From contig OZ336880.1 of NCBI GenBank assembly GCA_965287045.1, positions 53,320,001 through 53,384,000 of the forward strand: a stretch of 64,000 nucleotides of DNA, in the 5' to 3' direction. The notes beneath the pieces are model-generated. The model saw only the letters and a list, made by a program, of their open reading frames with translations, had not been told where the DNA came from and searched no databases. Position numbers and translations under genes: made by a program. Positions 48,120 through 62,239 of this stretch are shown here, piece by piece; the stretch's first letter is position 1, and every line of letters begins with the position of its first letter. The DNA comes from Carcharhinus amblyrhynchos (taxonomy: Eukaryota).

Positions 48120-48470
48120 CAAGACTAGATGTAATTAAAGAAAACTCCCTCTCTGTCTCTGATTGGTGTAGTCAATGAGAAAGGCAGTCTGAATTGAGTG
48201 CAGCACCGCAATGCTGTTGGGCTAGCCGAACTGTCAATCTCTCAGCAGGACTGTGATCACCCACAAGCTGCTGGAAGCGCTGTGCAAAGCCCAGCCTGTT
48301 TTTCTTGGGGTGGAGATCGTGGAATGTTCAGGCAATGTTGAAGGATAGCGACACTGGGAATTGGTGAGTTCACTGAATTATTAACGATGGGCAGCGGGGG
48401 GAGGGGTAAATAAATCATCAGTCTTACATCCTGCTTCCCAGAGCGGCGGGGACGGCTATCTGTGTACAGG
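48120..48470 (+). promoter_or_regulatory. Putative Pol II promoter and first non-coding exon(s)
   Basis: Non-repetitive, locally CpG-rich island; reverse CCAAT box ctgattgg at 48159-48166; consensus donors TTG|gtgagt (48363/48364) and CAG|gtaagg (48469/48470). Confidence 0.55.
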
Positions 48471-48593
48471 TAAGGCCGGTCAAGTACAGGGATGTTAGTA
48501 GCACACTGAACATGCAACATGCCCCTTGTGCAGCGCTCCCACTCTGAGACCTGCAGTTATTTGGGATTTTTTTTTGTTTTTCTTTCCGCATAG

Positions 48594-48844
48594 GTCCAGG
48601 AGTTACATATAAGCTATCCTACTGTGTTGTTTTCCTACTTCTTGTTTTTTGCTCACCTCCTTCCGCTGTTGAACGGAGTGAATCCCGCCCGTTCCGTCTG
48701 ACTGGGGCCCTGGCTACAAGCAATGTCAGTCTTCTTGATAGCACCATCACCTGTCAGATGCTAAGCAAGATCCCCTGCAGCTCCCGAGGGAGACCCAGCC
48801 AAATGTGTATTCTACACAAGCGTGTTTGTGTGAGGCTGGAGGGT
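48594..48844 (+). ncRNA. Putative internal non-coding (5'UTR or lncRNA) exon
   Basis: Strong polypyrimidine acceptor ttttttttgtttttctttccgcatag| ending at 48593; donor GGT|gtgagt at 48844/48845; no long ORF. Confidence 0.5.
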
Positions 48845-49240
48845 GTGAGTGTTTGGTAATTTGCAATGAGAGTCACCCCAGTGCTTCCTGTGCTATTTAA
48901 TACTTTCAAATTCTCATCCCCATTCTCCATGGCTTTACCCCTTTCTATCTGCAATCTCATCCAGCCTCAACCCTCTGACACATCTGTGTTCCACTAATTC
49001 TGGCCTTTTGACCACTGGCAGCACTGTCAATTGCCTGGATCTTAAACTCAGGGATTCCCTCCCTCAACTTCTCTGCCCCTTGACCTCTTTGAAGCTACTC
49101 CTTAAAGCCTGCCTGTTTGACCCAGCTTTTGTTCTTCTAATGTATGTGCCTCAGATGTGAAGCACATTGGGAAGTTACACCACATTAACAGGACTCTATC
49201 AATATAAGTTGTTACTGGTGTATGTTGGTGAATTTTGCAG

Positions 49241-49331
49241 GCTTGGAGTTTCCTCCACATTTGCAGCCAAAAATGCACATAATCTGGATGTAAACAAATC
49301 AAGTGGCTTAAAAGATTGTGGAATTTTTTGA
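49241..49331 (+). ncRNA. Possible further small exon
   Basis: aattttgcag| acceptor ending at 49240 and |gtaagt donor from 49332, in unique sequence; the pyrimidine tract is short. Confidence 0.3.
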
Positions 49332-49454
49332 GTAAGTGAATGGCACTGATTTCATTCATGATCATCACTGGCCAGGCTAGTATTTGTTGCCCATCCTTTT
49401 TGACCTTGAGAAGTTGGTGATGAGCCTTTGGTTCCAGTGCCCTCATGGTCTGCT

Positions 49455-49745
49455 GCAAGTTGCTTCAGTGGTTTGCACTGCTGCTTCATAGTACCAGAGA
49501 CCTGTGTTCGATTCTGGCTTTGGGAGACTGTGGAGTTTGCACGTCCTCTCTGTGTCTGATTGGGCTTCCTCTAGGTGCCCTGGTTTCCCCCCACATTCTA
49601 AAAGATGTGTGGGTTGGGTGGATTGGCCATGGTAAATGCATGGGGTTACAGGGAGAGGGCAGGGCCTGCATAAGATGCTCTTTTGGAGAGTCAGTGCATA
49701 CTCAGTGGGCTGAATGACCTCCTGCATTGTAGGGATGCTGTGGGT
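49455..49745 (+). mobile_element. V-SINE with CR1-like tail
   Basis: cagtggtttgcactgctgcttcatagtaccagagacctgtgttcgattc..ggtgccctggtttccccccaca..gggctgaatgacctcc. Confidence 0.8.
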
Positions 49746-50599
49746 ATCTGCATCCATTGAGCTGGCAGCCTCATGTGTGGAGGGGGTTGCTCCACTTTGG
49801 AAAAATGTCATTGAGGCTGCAACGTTTTTCCTAATTGGGGCTTTAACCCAATTAATGGGTCACTTGTCTCCATTCAGCAGGCAATCGGTCTAATTCCCAT
49901 CCCTTTTCTTGTTGGGGCACCATCTTGACCCGACTCCCACTACCCCACATTTACCTGGGCCCCCACCCTCCAAGCCCATCATCACATAGCAGGGAAAATT
50001 CCATTCACTATTTCAGGTTGATAATCTTTCGTCGCCTGAAATGTTAACTTTGTTTCTCACTCTCTACGGGTGTTGCCAGGTGGCTTTTTTAGATCTCTAG
50101 TATTTACTTTGACAATTGGAAAAGGTGATGGTGAGCCATCCTCTTGAACTGCTGCAGTACCTGTGATGTAGGTATATTAACAGTGCTGTTAGGATGGGAG
50201 TTTCAGGAATTTGACCCAGTGACAGTGAAGTAACAATGATTATAGTTCAAAATCAGATTGGTTTGTGGCTTGGGGGGGAATTTGTACATGGTCGTGTTCC
50301 CATGCATTGCTGCTCTTGCCCTTCCAGGTGATAGAGGGTTAAGAAGGCAGTGTAGTGGTATTGTTAATTGACTAGTAATCTAGAGTCCCAGTGTATTGCT
50401 TAGGGTTTAAATCCCACCATGGCAGATGGTGGAATTTGAATTCAATAAAAAATACAGGAATTAAAAATATAATGCTGACTATTGTCGATTGTCATAAAAA
50501 CCTACCTGGATCACTAATGTACCTTGGGGAAGGAAATCCTACATGTGCCTGTAGTCCCACTGCAATGTGGCTGACTCTTTAAAAGCGACTCAATTGCAT

Positions 50600-52430
50600 A
50601 AAACCACTACAAAGTCTTCAAAAAATGAATGAAACTGGATGGGTCACCCAGCATCAATCTGGGTATTGGAAGTGACAATGGCAAATGTGTCAACCCCTAC
50701 AAACTTAATGTCTCAGACACCAGCATCACCAACAGGACATGAGCAGCAGAGATGGCAATAGAGTGGTATAGAGTCAGGAGGGAGTCCTCAACATCAGACC
50801 TCCTGAAATCTCATCAGGTCAAACGTGGACAAGTAAACCTACACCACACTTGGAGAAAGCATTGGATGGCAAGGGCCCAAAATATACACTGGGCAGAAGA
50901 TCTCAATGCCCTTCATCAAATGTGGCACAGTAGTACCACTACTGACCAAGCTGGTCAAGTCCTAAAGGACAGAGTGGCTGGACTGGATGTGCGGTAGGTA
51001 TTGAGGGAGCCAACATGAGAGAAAAATATACTTGGTCTCCTCCTCACCAACCTGTCTACCCCACATGCATCTGTCCATGACATTGGTAGGAGTAACTACT
51101 GCACAGTCCTTGCAGGGATGAAGCCCTCTCTTCACACTGAGAATGCCCTCCATAGTGGTATGTGGCACTACCTAAGTGCTAATTGGGATAGATTTAGAAC
51201 AAATTGAGCATCTAGAGACCTGGCAGCTCTGAGTCATCAGTGGCAGCAGAATTGTGTGCCAAGCAGCAAATGATTAAAGATTATTTATTAGTCACAAATT
51301 GGCTTACATTAACACTGCAATGAAGTTACTGTGAAATACCCTTAGTTGTCACATTCCAGCATCTGTTTGGATCGATGCACCTAACTAGCATGTCTTTTGG
51401 ACTGTGGGAGGAAACCAGAAGAAACCCACACAGACATGGGGAGAACGTGCAAACTCCACACTCAGAGTGACCCAAGCAGGGAATTGAACTTGGGCCCCTG
51501 GCGCTGTGAGGCAGCAATGCTAACCACTGTGCTACTGTGTTGTCCACATGGATAGCATAGATTGGGATTGCATAGACAGAGCTATCCAATCCCACAACCA
51601 ATGGATCAGATCTAAGTTCTACAATTCTGCCACATCCAACCTTGAATGGTGGTGGACGGCTAAGCAGTTCACTGCAGGAGGAGGCCCCACAAATATTCCC
51701 ATCCTCCGTGAGGGGAGCCTAGCACATCAGTGCAAAAAATAAGACTGAGGCACTTGCAAAAATCTTCAACCTGGAAGTGCTGATTGGATGATACAGCTCA
51801 ACCTTCTGAGATTCCCAGCATCACAGATTCCAGTATTTAGCCAACTTCATTCATGTGACATCAAGAAACGGCTAATGGCATGGGATACTTCAAAGGCTAT
51901 GGGACTGAAGACTTGTGTGCCCAAATGTGTTGCGCCATTATCTAGCTGGCAATGTGAAAAATTGCCCGGGCATGCTTCGTACACAAAAAGCCAGTCAAAT
52001 CTAACCCAGCCAAGCCCAGCTATTCAGGCAATGGAATTGAAGGCTTGTGAGCCAGAACTTGTCACGCCATTAGTCAGACTGTTCCAGTACAACTACAGGA
52101 CAGAAAGCTACCTGGCAATATGGAAAATTGCCTAGGTATGCCTCATACACAAAAAGCAGGAGAAATCCAACCTGGCCAAGTACTGACCTGTCAGTCTGCT
52201 GTCAATCATCTTTAAAGTGATGGAAGGGACAATCAATAATGCTATCAAATGGCACTTGCTTAGCAGTAATCTAATCAGTTTGGGTTCAGCCAGGGTCCTG
52301 ACCTCATTCAGTCCTGGTTCAGACATGGACAAAACAGTTGAACTCCAGAGGTGATGTGAAAGTGATTAACCTTGGTCAAATGCAGCATTGGTATCAAGTG
52401 AGGCTTTAAGGCATCCTAGCAAATGCAGAA
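50600..52430 (+). mobile_element. Decayed CR1/L2-group LINE with a nested minus-strand V-SINE (about 51285-51540)
   Basis: WIRSKFYNSATSNLEWWWTAKQFTAGGGPTNIPIL and WKIA..KKQEKSNLAKY; same family as 25790-27950. Confidence 0.8.
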
Positions 52431-52613
52431 AGCTGCAGCATAGAGAGATTGAGGTTCATAAATCACAAAAAGCTAGCATGCATGTAGAGCAGCTAGTAGG
52501 GAAAGGGAATGGAGTATAATAACAAGGAAGTCTGCCTAAAACTAGGCAAAGCAATAATTAGACCACACCTGGGATACTTTGAACAGATTTGATCCCCTTA
52601 TCTAAGGAAAGAT

Positions 52614-55600
52614 TGTTGTTGTTCATCCATTGTCATCGATGAGGAGCTCGACACCATTAGTCATTTTGGTGTGTCTGAAGATGACTGATCAGGCCAATTC
52701 GGGCGAGGAATGTCCTGGCACATTTGGACAGACTGGTGTAGGCACTGTAGTTGTTGGGCTGGTGGCTCTGGACTTAGGCAGTTCGCGCTTAAGTTGTGCT
52801 TCAGCAATACACCTTGCTTCGTGAGCTTGACAGTCTTTGTGGATGAGGCAGTGCCAGGTAGGGCGGTTTTGTGCCAGTGTTTCCCAGGTAGTTGTGTCAA
52901 TGTCAGGTGACTTCAGGGAGGCTTTGAGTGTGCCTTTGAAACGTTTGTTCTGCCCTCCATGCGAGCGTTTTCCAGCAGAGAGTTCCCCAAAAAGGAGCTG
53001 CTTGGGTATGCACTCGACTGACATACGGATGACATGACCTGCCCACCGTGCTCTCATCAGCAGTGTGTGGACTGATGGTAGACTTGCTCTAGAGAGAACT
53101 TCACTGTTTGGTACTTTGTCTTGCCATCGGATGTGTAATATTCTGCGAAGACAAGTCATGTGGAAATGATTGAGCTGTCTTGCATGCCTTCGATACACAG
53201 TCCACGTTTCACAGGCATACAAGAGGGTAGTGAGTACCATAGTGCTGTTGACCTTCAGTTCTGTTCCTGGGCTGATTCCTCACCATTCCCATACAGTGGA
53301 GCGCAGTCTACCAAAAGCAGAACTTGCCTTTGCTATTCTGCAGTTAACTTCTGCATCAATAGTCACTGCTTGGGAGAGGGTGCTGCCAAGATAAGTGAAC
53401 TGGTCCACTGCCTGTAGTTTCTGCCCTTTGATTGTGATTATGGGTTCTGTGTACGGTGCATGAGGAGCAGGCTGGTGCACGACTTTGGTCTTTTTAATGT
53501 TGATGGTGAGTCCAAAGTTGTCACAAGCCGTGGAAAATTTATCCATACTGACTTGCATCTCTGGCTCTGAGCCAGTATACAGGGCACAGTCATCAGCAAA
53601 GAGGAAATCTCTCAGAACAGTCTCCTTCACTTTGTTAGTAGCTTGAAGTCTCCTCAGGTTGAAAAGCTTCCCATTCACTCTGTGCTTGAGGCTGATTCCA
53701 GCGACACTGTCCTGGAAGGCTCATTCAGCATGGCAGTAAACATCTTGCTGAACAGTGTGGGTGCGAGCACACAGCCCGGTTTGACGCCATTGGTGACTGG
53801 GAATGCCTCAGAGGATTCTCTGCCATCCAGCACTCTGGCCATCATGGAACTGTCATACCATCTGAAATGAATTTGGGGGGACAACCGAACTTTGACATGA
53901 TCCTCCACAGGCCTTGTCGGCTTAGTGTCGAAGGCTTTCGCGAGGTCAGCAAAGGTTGTGTAGAGCTTGCGATTCTGCTCCTGACACTTCTCCTGAAGTT
54001 GGCACACAGCAAAAATCATGTCAGTAGTCCCACGACCTTTGCGGAAGCCACACTGTGACTCTGGAAGCAGGCCCAGCTCCAGATGAGTGACCAGATGATT
54101 TAGCAGGACTCTTGTGAGGGTTTTTCCTGTGATGGAGAGCAGCAAGATTCCTCAGTGGTTGTCGCATACTTGCCGATTTGCTCTTCCTCTTGTAGAGGTG
54201 TACGATGGAAGCATCTTTAAGTCCCTGAGGAATGGATCCTTGCTTCAAAAGGGCTGGAACAACTCGGTGAGCTTCTCTAAGTACAGGGCCAGCAGCTTTG
54301 TAGATCTCTGCGGTTATGGCATCTGCCCCTGGGGCTTTGCCACTGGATAGCTGGCTGACAGCTTTCGTGACTTCAGCTACTACCGGTGGATCATCCATGG
54401 TGCTGTTGATATCAACCTGGGGAATCCTGTTCATTGCCTCATTGTTAATAGATGGTGGTCAGTTGAGGATGACTTTGAAGTGTTCAGCCCATCTCTGCAG
54501 GATCTGAGCCCTCTCTGTAATGAGAGTTGTACCATCTGTACTCAGGAGGGGGGAACTCCCGAGAGATTGAGGTTCATAGAGAGTGTTGAGAACTGTTTCA
54601 AGTCATGTCTGTCAGCATATCCCTGTATTTCATCTGCCTTGGCGCTCAGCCAGGCATCCTGCATTTTACACAGTTTATTCTGAATTGTCCTGTGAGCACT
54701 GGTAAAAGCATTTTTCTTGGCAGCTGATGATGGGTCGTTCTGACAGGCCAAATGAAGACAGTGCTTTTCAACAAGTAGAGCCTGTATCTCCTCATCATTC
54801 TCATCAAACTAATCATGCTGCTTGCCGGTGGAGGGCGCGAGTGTCTTTAGCACAGATGCATGGATATCATCCCTGAAGCATTCCCAGTTGTCCTCAGTGC
54901 TGCCTGCGAGGTGTAGGTCAGCAAGCTTGATTTCTAAGTCTTCAGCCAGTGCTGAAGCTATGCAGGGGTTCTTTAGCTTGGCCATATTGATTCTTTTCAT
55001 AACTTTCCTTGTGGTTGCCTCTTGGGTCTGATGCGGACCCTCATTTTGGAGACAATGAGCCTGTGATCTGTCCAGCAGTCAGCACCACACATGGCCTTGG
55101 TTACTCTGACATCCTGCCTGTCTTTTCTCCTGTCAATGACATAGTCGATAAGATGCCACTGCTTAGAGCGGAGGTGCATCCAAGAGGTTGTGTTGGTGAT
55201 CAGGAGGTCATGTGTTGCACAGGTCTTCAGTAAGAGTAGTCCATTACTGTTACATTTGCCCTCTCCATGCCTCCCAACAACTCCATGCCAGATTGCAGAG
55301 TCACATCCTACTCTTGCATTGAAATTGCCAAGCAAGATCAGCTTGTCAGTACTGCTCACTGCTGATGGGGCATCTAGTTCTTCTTAGAACTTGTCTTTCA
55401 TCTCGTCTGGGTTGTTCATTGTGGGGGCGTAGGCGCTGATCAGGGTGGCCTAACTTCTGTTCTGTAGCGGAAGCTGTAGTGTCATAAGCCGGTCATTCAC
55501 ACCCTTGGGTAGACTATCAAGTTTCCGAACAAGGTGACTCCTGATTGGTGAATCCAACTCCAGCATCACGACACTCATCGCTGCCACAACCAGAAAAGTG

Positions 55601-56626
55601 TATCCACCTCCAGTTTCAGTCAACTGACCTATGTTGGCAAGACGAGTTTTGCTCAGGGCTGCAATGTCAATGTTGTATCTTGCAAGCTTTCTGGCAACTA
55701 AGGTTGTTGTCCTTCTCTCTGGTCTGTCTGCTGCAGTGTTGTTCAAAAGTGTGCGCGTGTGTCAAGTGCCAATGGTGAGCGGTGTCACCTTTGTGTTTTG
55801 TTTTGTGTGTGCAAGATGGGATCCCCGCCAGCTGCGCTAAACTATCCAGGGTGTGGTGAAGCAGGCAATGTTTCGGGCACCTTCTCTTGCCCCTTCCTCA
55901 TTCTACGGAGGTGAGCAGTGCGTTCCTGAAGAGGACTGCTCAGTCGCCCATGTAGACGCCGAGTTCCACTGCTGCTTCGGTCAGCGGAAAATGACCATTA
56001 GACCTGAGCCACCTGCGTGCAGGTCTGTGACTACAGCTCCCAGTGTATCCACACCTGCTGCTTCATCACCCACCCATTGCCATGGGACTTCATCATCAGT
56101 GTCCTGTTCAACCCTTTGATGATGGTGTCGAAACTAGCGCTTGATTTGGGTTAAAGTGAGGGAGAGTTGCGCAGCGTCAGCCTCATTCTTTCTTCCCAAT
56201 TCCCATCTAGATCCAGTGGCAAGACAAGAGTTAAGACGGCTGGAGGTGGGACTAGGCGCAGTGGATGACCAGGACGTCTTCTGTGTCTTGTCCTGCTCTC
56301 CGCGTTCCACGACGCTTGCAGAGACTGCCTTCTTGACCGTTGGACCTTCCATTGGTCTCTTCCGCTCAATCCGCTGGACTGTCTTCACATGCTGGGATAG
56401 ACATCTCCCTATCGCACCAGTGGTTGAGACCCGTCAGCTACCCTCACTCGATTTAGTTGGCTTGTCGAGGCCATTGCCCGGGGTGTGGCTGCTGTTGCAT
56501 GCAAACAGCTATGGGGAGCCACAGATGAGAGCTGAGTGCCAGGTAGGGACAAAGAATGGACAGACCGCCCTGAAAGGACATGACATGTTCCCCCGTCAAC
56601 GGTATTACCCCTCTCTGACACCCTAT
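52614..56626 (-). mobile_element. Near full-length RTE-clade (BovB-like) LINE, frameshifted, inserted in a CR1
   Basis: APE endonuclease ([37 protein letters not shown]); RT (LLPESQCGFRKGRGTTDMIF, GVKPGCVLAPTLF, FLFADD); C-terminus LLYACETW..IPKQLLFGEL; about 0.8-kb 5' UTR; (caa)n tail at 52614-52623. Confidence 0.95.
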
Positions 56627-59600
56627 AACACAGTGCAAGCTGTCCAGAGAAGGTTTATGAGGTTGATCCTGGGTATGGAGGAAAGAAGAGATTGTGTAGG
56701 TTGGGCCTGTACTCGGGGTTCTGAAAATAGGTTGGCACACAATAGAGACTTATGATTCTCGGGGCTTGACAGGGTAGGTGCTGAGAGGTTGTTTCTGCTT
56801 GTGGGAGAGTTTAGGACTTGAGGGCATTATCTCAGAGTAAGAGGTTGCCCAATTAAGACAGTGACGAGGAGGAATTTCCTTTCCAAAGGTAGTGTATGTG
56901 TAGAATTCTTTACCACAGAGGGTTGTAGAGGCTGGGCCTTTAAGTATGTTAAAGGCAGACAGCGATAGATTTTTAAGGGAATCAAGGGGATACGGAAGGA
57001 AAATGGAATTGAAGATTATCATAGATCATACATAATCTCATTGAATGGTAGAGCAGACTCGATGGGCTGAACATTAAGGTGTTGTAGCAAAACTGGAGTC
57101 AAGAGGGAATCGGGGGAAACTCTGCTGGTTGGAGTCATACTGAGCACATTGTGGTTGTTGGAAGTCAGTCATCTCAACATCAGGATATCGCTTCAGAAGT
57201 TCCTCAGGGGAACATCCAACCATCTTTAGCCGCTTCATCAATGACATTCCTTCCATCACAAGGTCAAAAATGGGGATTGTTTTACATTTAAAAGGATAGC
57301 AGGTTGCTTTAAGAGTTGATCGCATGATTTGATGGTGATATCATTCAGGTGTTTGCATAGGCTGCTGTTTTACTTTTAGTTTGTACTCTGTATAGTAAAT
57401 ATCTCCTTAATAAATCTGTTGTTGAATCTACATTTGCAAACCACATTTATTTCTTTCTGCTAAAATCCACAACTCCTACATAGTTTGAACATTACAGAAT
57501 GAAAATTGTCGATGAATGAATGGGATTTTGTTTGAATGGGATCTTGTTTCAGCGAGAATTTTGAGAAAAGATCCTAAGTAGAAGAAAAAAATCATTGTGG
57601 GTCCTCACACTTTGAATATTAGAAGACTGGAGAGAAGCTACAATAGGATTAAAGATTGAAGTGCCAGGAAGATCAAGTAAGAGAAAAAGTTCTCTGTGTG
57701 GTTTTAAAAGTGGAGGTTTTTCTAATCGAAGAAGGATGAAATTCCAGGCAGCATCTGGCATATTTAAGAAGACTGGATATTTTGCTGTACAGCTGAGGTC
57801 ATTTTAAATTTAAAGTACCTCAAGTCAACAGTCTCCAGGGTAAAAAGGAAAGACAATATATATAAAAAAAGTACTGAGCAGTAATGTTGCTAGTGTCCGC
57901 AAGAGAAATGGTGGGTCAATTGGGTGCCAAGTGTTCTTTCAATGAAGAAAATTAATTGTGAAGTTCCTATGCTGAGCGTTTTCAGTACTTTGTACCAGCA
58001 ATTAAAAACCAAGTTGCTCATTCTGGTTTCAGTGCAACAGGAAGTAAAACATACAATTTGCTCTGGACCTTGGTTCATCTGGCAAAGCCAGGAAGCAAAA
58101 CTTATGATAGCTTGAAGAGCATTACCCTCCAAAGTCACTGATCACTGCAGAATGGTTCAGGTTCCACTGAAGGAATTGACTGGAAAGTAAAAGCATTGCT
58201 CAATTTGTGGCAACCATTAAAAGGCTAGCACAACATTGTGAGTTTGAGTCATTAGAAGATATTGTTCAAGATGATCCAGTTTGTAGTCTCCAGAATGAGG
58301 CTACCCAAGGAAGATTGCTTCCTGAACATGCTTTGACTTGAACAACAGCAGTAGAAATCCATGTCGATGGAACTGGTGGCTAAAGACGCTTCACAATTTG
58401 GTGCAGGAATTAAGATCCACAAGGTGGAAACTGCCCATAAGAAGTCAAAACAGCAACAAGCATGTGACAGATGTGCCAAAATGAGCATGCAGTGAGTGAA
58501 TGCTACAGTAAGAGTACTTAATGCAAGAATTGTGGCAAAATGGGTCACATTGAAAAAGCTTGTTGGGCTAGGCCAACTTGCCCTGAGGAGAATATTCGGG
58601 GGGGGGGGCGGAGTGGAATTCTGGGTATCTTCCAGGGGAAGATATTCGACAAAAATAATTTACAACATGGAAGAAAAAATTATGACTGTGGAAAAAGAGA
58701 ATGTACAAAAATGTAAAGAAGACCTCCAACTGAACGTCTCGCCCAGACACCGTGAATCACAGATTCTGGGTAATTCCTGAAGTTAAATGGACAACCTATT
58801 AGGATGGAGGTTGATGCTAGTGCTGCGGTATCTTTAATTCCTGAGATTACATACCAACAAAAAGTGATGTATCTTTATTTAAAACCAGCTCATGTGATTT
58901 TAAGGACATGGAAGAGATCGTGCTCTGAAAAGGTTACATTATGGTCAACTTAAAAGTTGAAAGTGGTCTGTGGTAATTTTCCAGCTCCATTGCAAGTTCA
59001 TAGTTGGAAAAAATAAAGCTTAATTCAAGTGCTGCCAACAGATTGGTTGGATGTCAAAACAGATTTACAGCACCTTCTGGGTAAATACAAGAGTGTATTT
59101 GAAGAGACACTTGGCTTAATAAAGGAAGTTAAGTGAAACGCAAGATAAAGCCTCAAAGCAGGATAGGTGTCTTTTGCAATTTGTCCCAAGGTGGAACAAT
59201 AATTAGTATGACTTGTTAGAGCCAGTTACAATGATTTATTAGGCTTCCTGCACTGCCCACCCCCCCCCCCCCCCCAATCATATCTATAATAAAACCAGAT
59301 GGTTCAGTTTGTACTTGTGATTTTAAAACAACAATCCAGTGCTGTGCTGATCAATATCCGCTTCCAATAATTGAAGATAAGTTTACTGGATTATTGGGTG
59401 GGCAAAAATTCAACAAGATTGATCCTTCACATACAGATGAATGTAGCTGCTGAATCTCAGCCATTGGTCACCATCATTACTCATTAAAGGTATTTTTGTT
59501 TGTAAAAGATTGCTTTTTGGAATTGCATCTGCACCAGCCCTTTTCAAAAGATCGATGGATCAGCTTTTAAATGATCTCTCGACCTAGATATTTTAATTAC

Positions 59601-60227
59601 AGCATCCAGTGAATAAGAGCATTTGAATAATTTAGTCGTAACATTGGAACTTCTTCAAACACATGTTCTGTATATCAAGAAACATAGTGTGACATCTCGT
59701 TTTTGACAATAACGTAAGGAGATGGACGCTATTTTAGAAGCACCACGTTTGACAAATGTGACACAATTGAGGTCATTTTTTATTAATACTGTGGTAAATT
59801 TGTTCCTAACTTAGGTACGTTATTGAAGTCTAGCATAAGTAGTTATGTGTGAAACAGTCATGAGACTGGACAACAGAATGTGAGAAAGGATATATGGCTG
59901 TCAAAGATGCCTTGAAGACGTTTGAAGTAAAGGTTCATTGTCAATCCGAAGCTTCACGTTATGGAGTAGAGGCAGTAGTTTCACATATATGCTTTTGTGA
60001 GAAGAATGACCAATAGCTTTTGCTTTGCTTTGCATTTTCTGAGTGTTGCTGCATCTAACTATGCTCAGCTGAAAAAAGAAGCATTGAGAATTTTTGGTGC
60101 ACAAAGGTTTCATAATTATTTATATGGTTGTCATTCCACAGCGTTGATCATCAACCCTTAACTATTTTTGGCCATATAAAGACATACTGTCGTTAGCTGT
60201 GAGTCAGTTGCAGAGATGGTCACCGAG

Positions 60228-61085
60228 ATAGGCTGGGCGAATGGGCCAGGAAATGGCAAATGGAATTTAATGTTGGCAAGTGCGAGGTGGTCCACTTTGG
60301 TAGGAATAATGGTAGGAAGGACTATTACTTACAGGGTGAAAAACTGCAGCAGGCGACAGTGCAGAGGGACCTCGGGGTCCTTGTGCATGAGTCGCAAAAA
60401 CCCAGCCTGCAGGTGCAGCAGGTGGTCAGGAAGGCGAATGGGATGCTGGCCTTCATAGCGAGGGGGATTGAATATAAAAGTAGGGAGGTCTTGCTGCGGC
60501 TGTATAGGGCATTGGTGAGGCCGCAGCTGGAGTACTGTGTGCAGTTTTGGTCGCCGTACTTACGCAAGGATATTTTGGCCTTGGAGGGAGTGCAGAGGAG
60601 GTTTACTAGGCTGATACCGGAGTTGAGGGGTTGAGCTATGAGGAGAGGCTGAATAAACTAGGCTTGTACTCGTTAGAGTTTAGAAGAATGAGGGGAGATC
60701 TCATTGAGATGTATAAGATGATGAATGGGATGGATAGGATAGAGATGGAGAGGCTCTTCCCGCTCAGAAAGGACAGTAGGACTAGAGGGCACAGCCTCAA
60801 GATAAAGGGGGGGCGGTTTAGAACGGAGTTAAAGAGGAACTTCTTCACTCAAAGGGTGGTGAATCTCTGGAATTCTCTGCCCGTTGAGGTGGTGGAGGCT
60901 GCCTCGCTAAATATTTTTAAGACGCGGGTTGATGGGTTTTTGATAAGCGAGGGGATTAAGGGTTATGGGGAGAGGGCGGGAATGTGGAACTGAGACACGA
61001 CAGATCAGCCATGATCTTATTGAATGGCGGGGCAGGCTCGAAGGGCTGGATGGCCTACTCCTGCTCCTATTTCTTATGTTCTTAT
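60228..61085 (+). mobile_element. Young GC-rich CR1 insertion inside the Gypsy pol region
   Basis: ORFs 60260..60634 and 60631..60993; intact 3' UTR; CpGs retained. Confidence 0.95.
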
Positions 61086-62239
61086 GATTTAACATTCTTA
61101 TCATGAATCAGAGCCATGCAGATGCATTATCAAGCTTACCTTTACTGACAAGCAAATGCCACCAACTAGTTTTGCTAATATTGTTTATTTTTCGCTAGTA
61201 GATCGTTTGCCTGTGGCAGTATCTTGAGCTCAGAGACATACCAGAAACAATCTTGTGATGGATATGGTATTGAAAAGAGCAATAGCATTATCCACAACCT
61301 GATTTAAAACCATATGTGTCAAGAAGGCTTGAGTTGATTGTCCAAGATTGGTGTCAGTTGTGGGGAATCCGAGTGATTATTCCTCCTAGTCCATGAGCAG
61401 AGTTCTTGAATAACTACATGAAGGACATCCTGGAAAAGTTCAGATGAAGGAATTAGCATGTAGTTATTTTTGGCCACATCTGGATGCTCAGATTGAAGAA
61501 AAAATTGTACACTGTCCATCCTGTGCAAAGCTAAGAAATACGCCATTATTGGGAGTGCCCTCAAATGCTCTAGCAACAATTGCATGTAGATTTTTCTGAT
61601 CCATTTGAGGGTTACATGTTCTTAGTCATTATTAATCACTTCGGGCCAAATTGAATGTGTATCATCATGAGAACTACTACAACTGAAGAAATCATTGAAA
61701 AACTTAACAAAATTTTTGCAAGATTTGGTTAAACCGGAATAGATTATTAGCGATTAATGGTCCACAGTAAACGTCATAAGATTTTGAGGATTACCTCAAA
61801 GTAAATGGTATTCATCAAATAAAATCCACAGATTATCATTCATCAGCCAATGGATCAGTTGAAAGATTCGTACAATCCTTGAAACATTTATAACAGTTTC
61901 AAAAGAGCAAGGTCTGTTATCACATCGTGTGCATTGCCTTTTGGCATCTTTATAGAAACACTATACATGTGACTAGCCAAAGTTCACCTGCGTTACACCT
62001 CTTAATGAGAAACTCGAGAACTATGTTTGATTGTTTTTACCTCCAGAAACCTCAGTGATAGAAGGGCATCAACAACAACCTTAAGTTGCTAGATGGGAAG
62101 TGAGGGCAAAACAATGCTTGTTTGAACAAGGAGATCAAATGTTAGCGTGTAATTATGCCACAAGTGAGAAATGGGTACCTGCCATAGTTTTAGCAAAAAC
62201 AAGTCCAAGTTATTACACGATTCAAATCAAAGACGAACA

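Noticed and set aside
56141-56755. 204-aa plus-strand ORF
   Set aside because: Antisense to the GC-rich RTE 5' UTR and running into a CR1; no recognisable protein.
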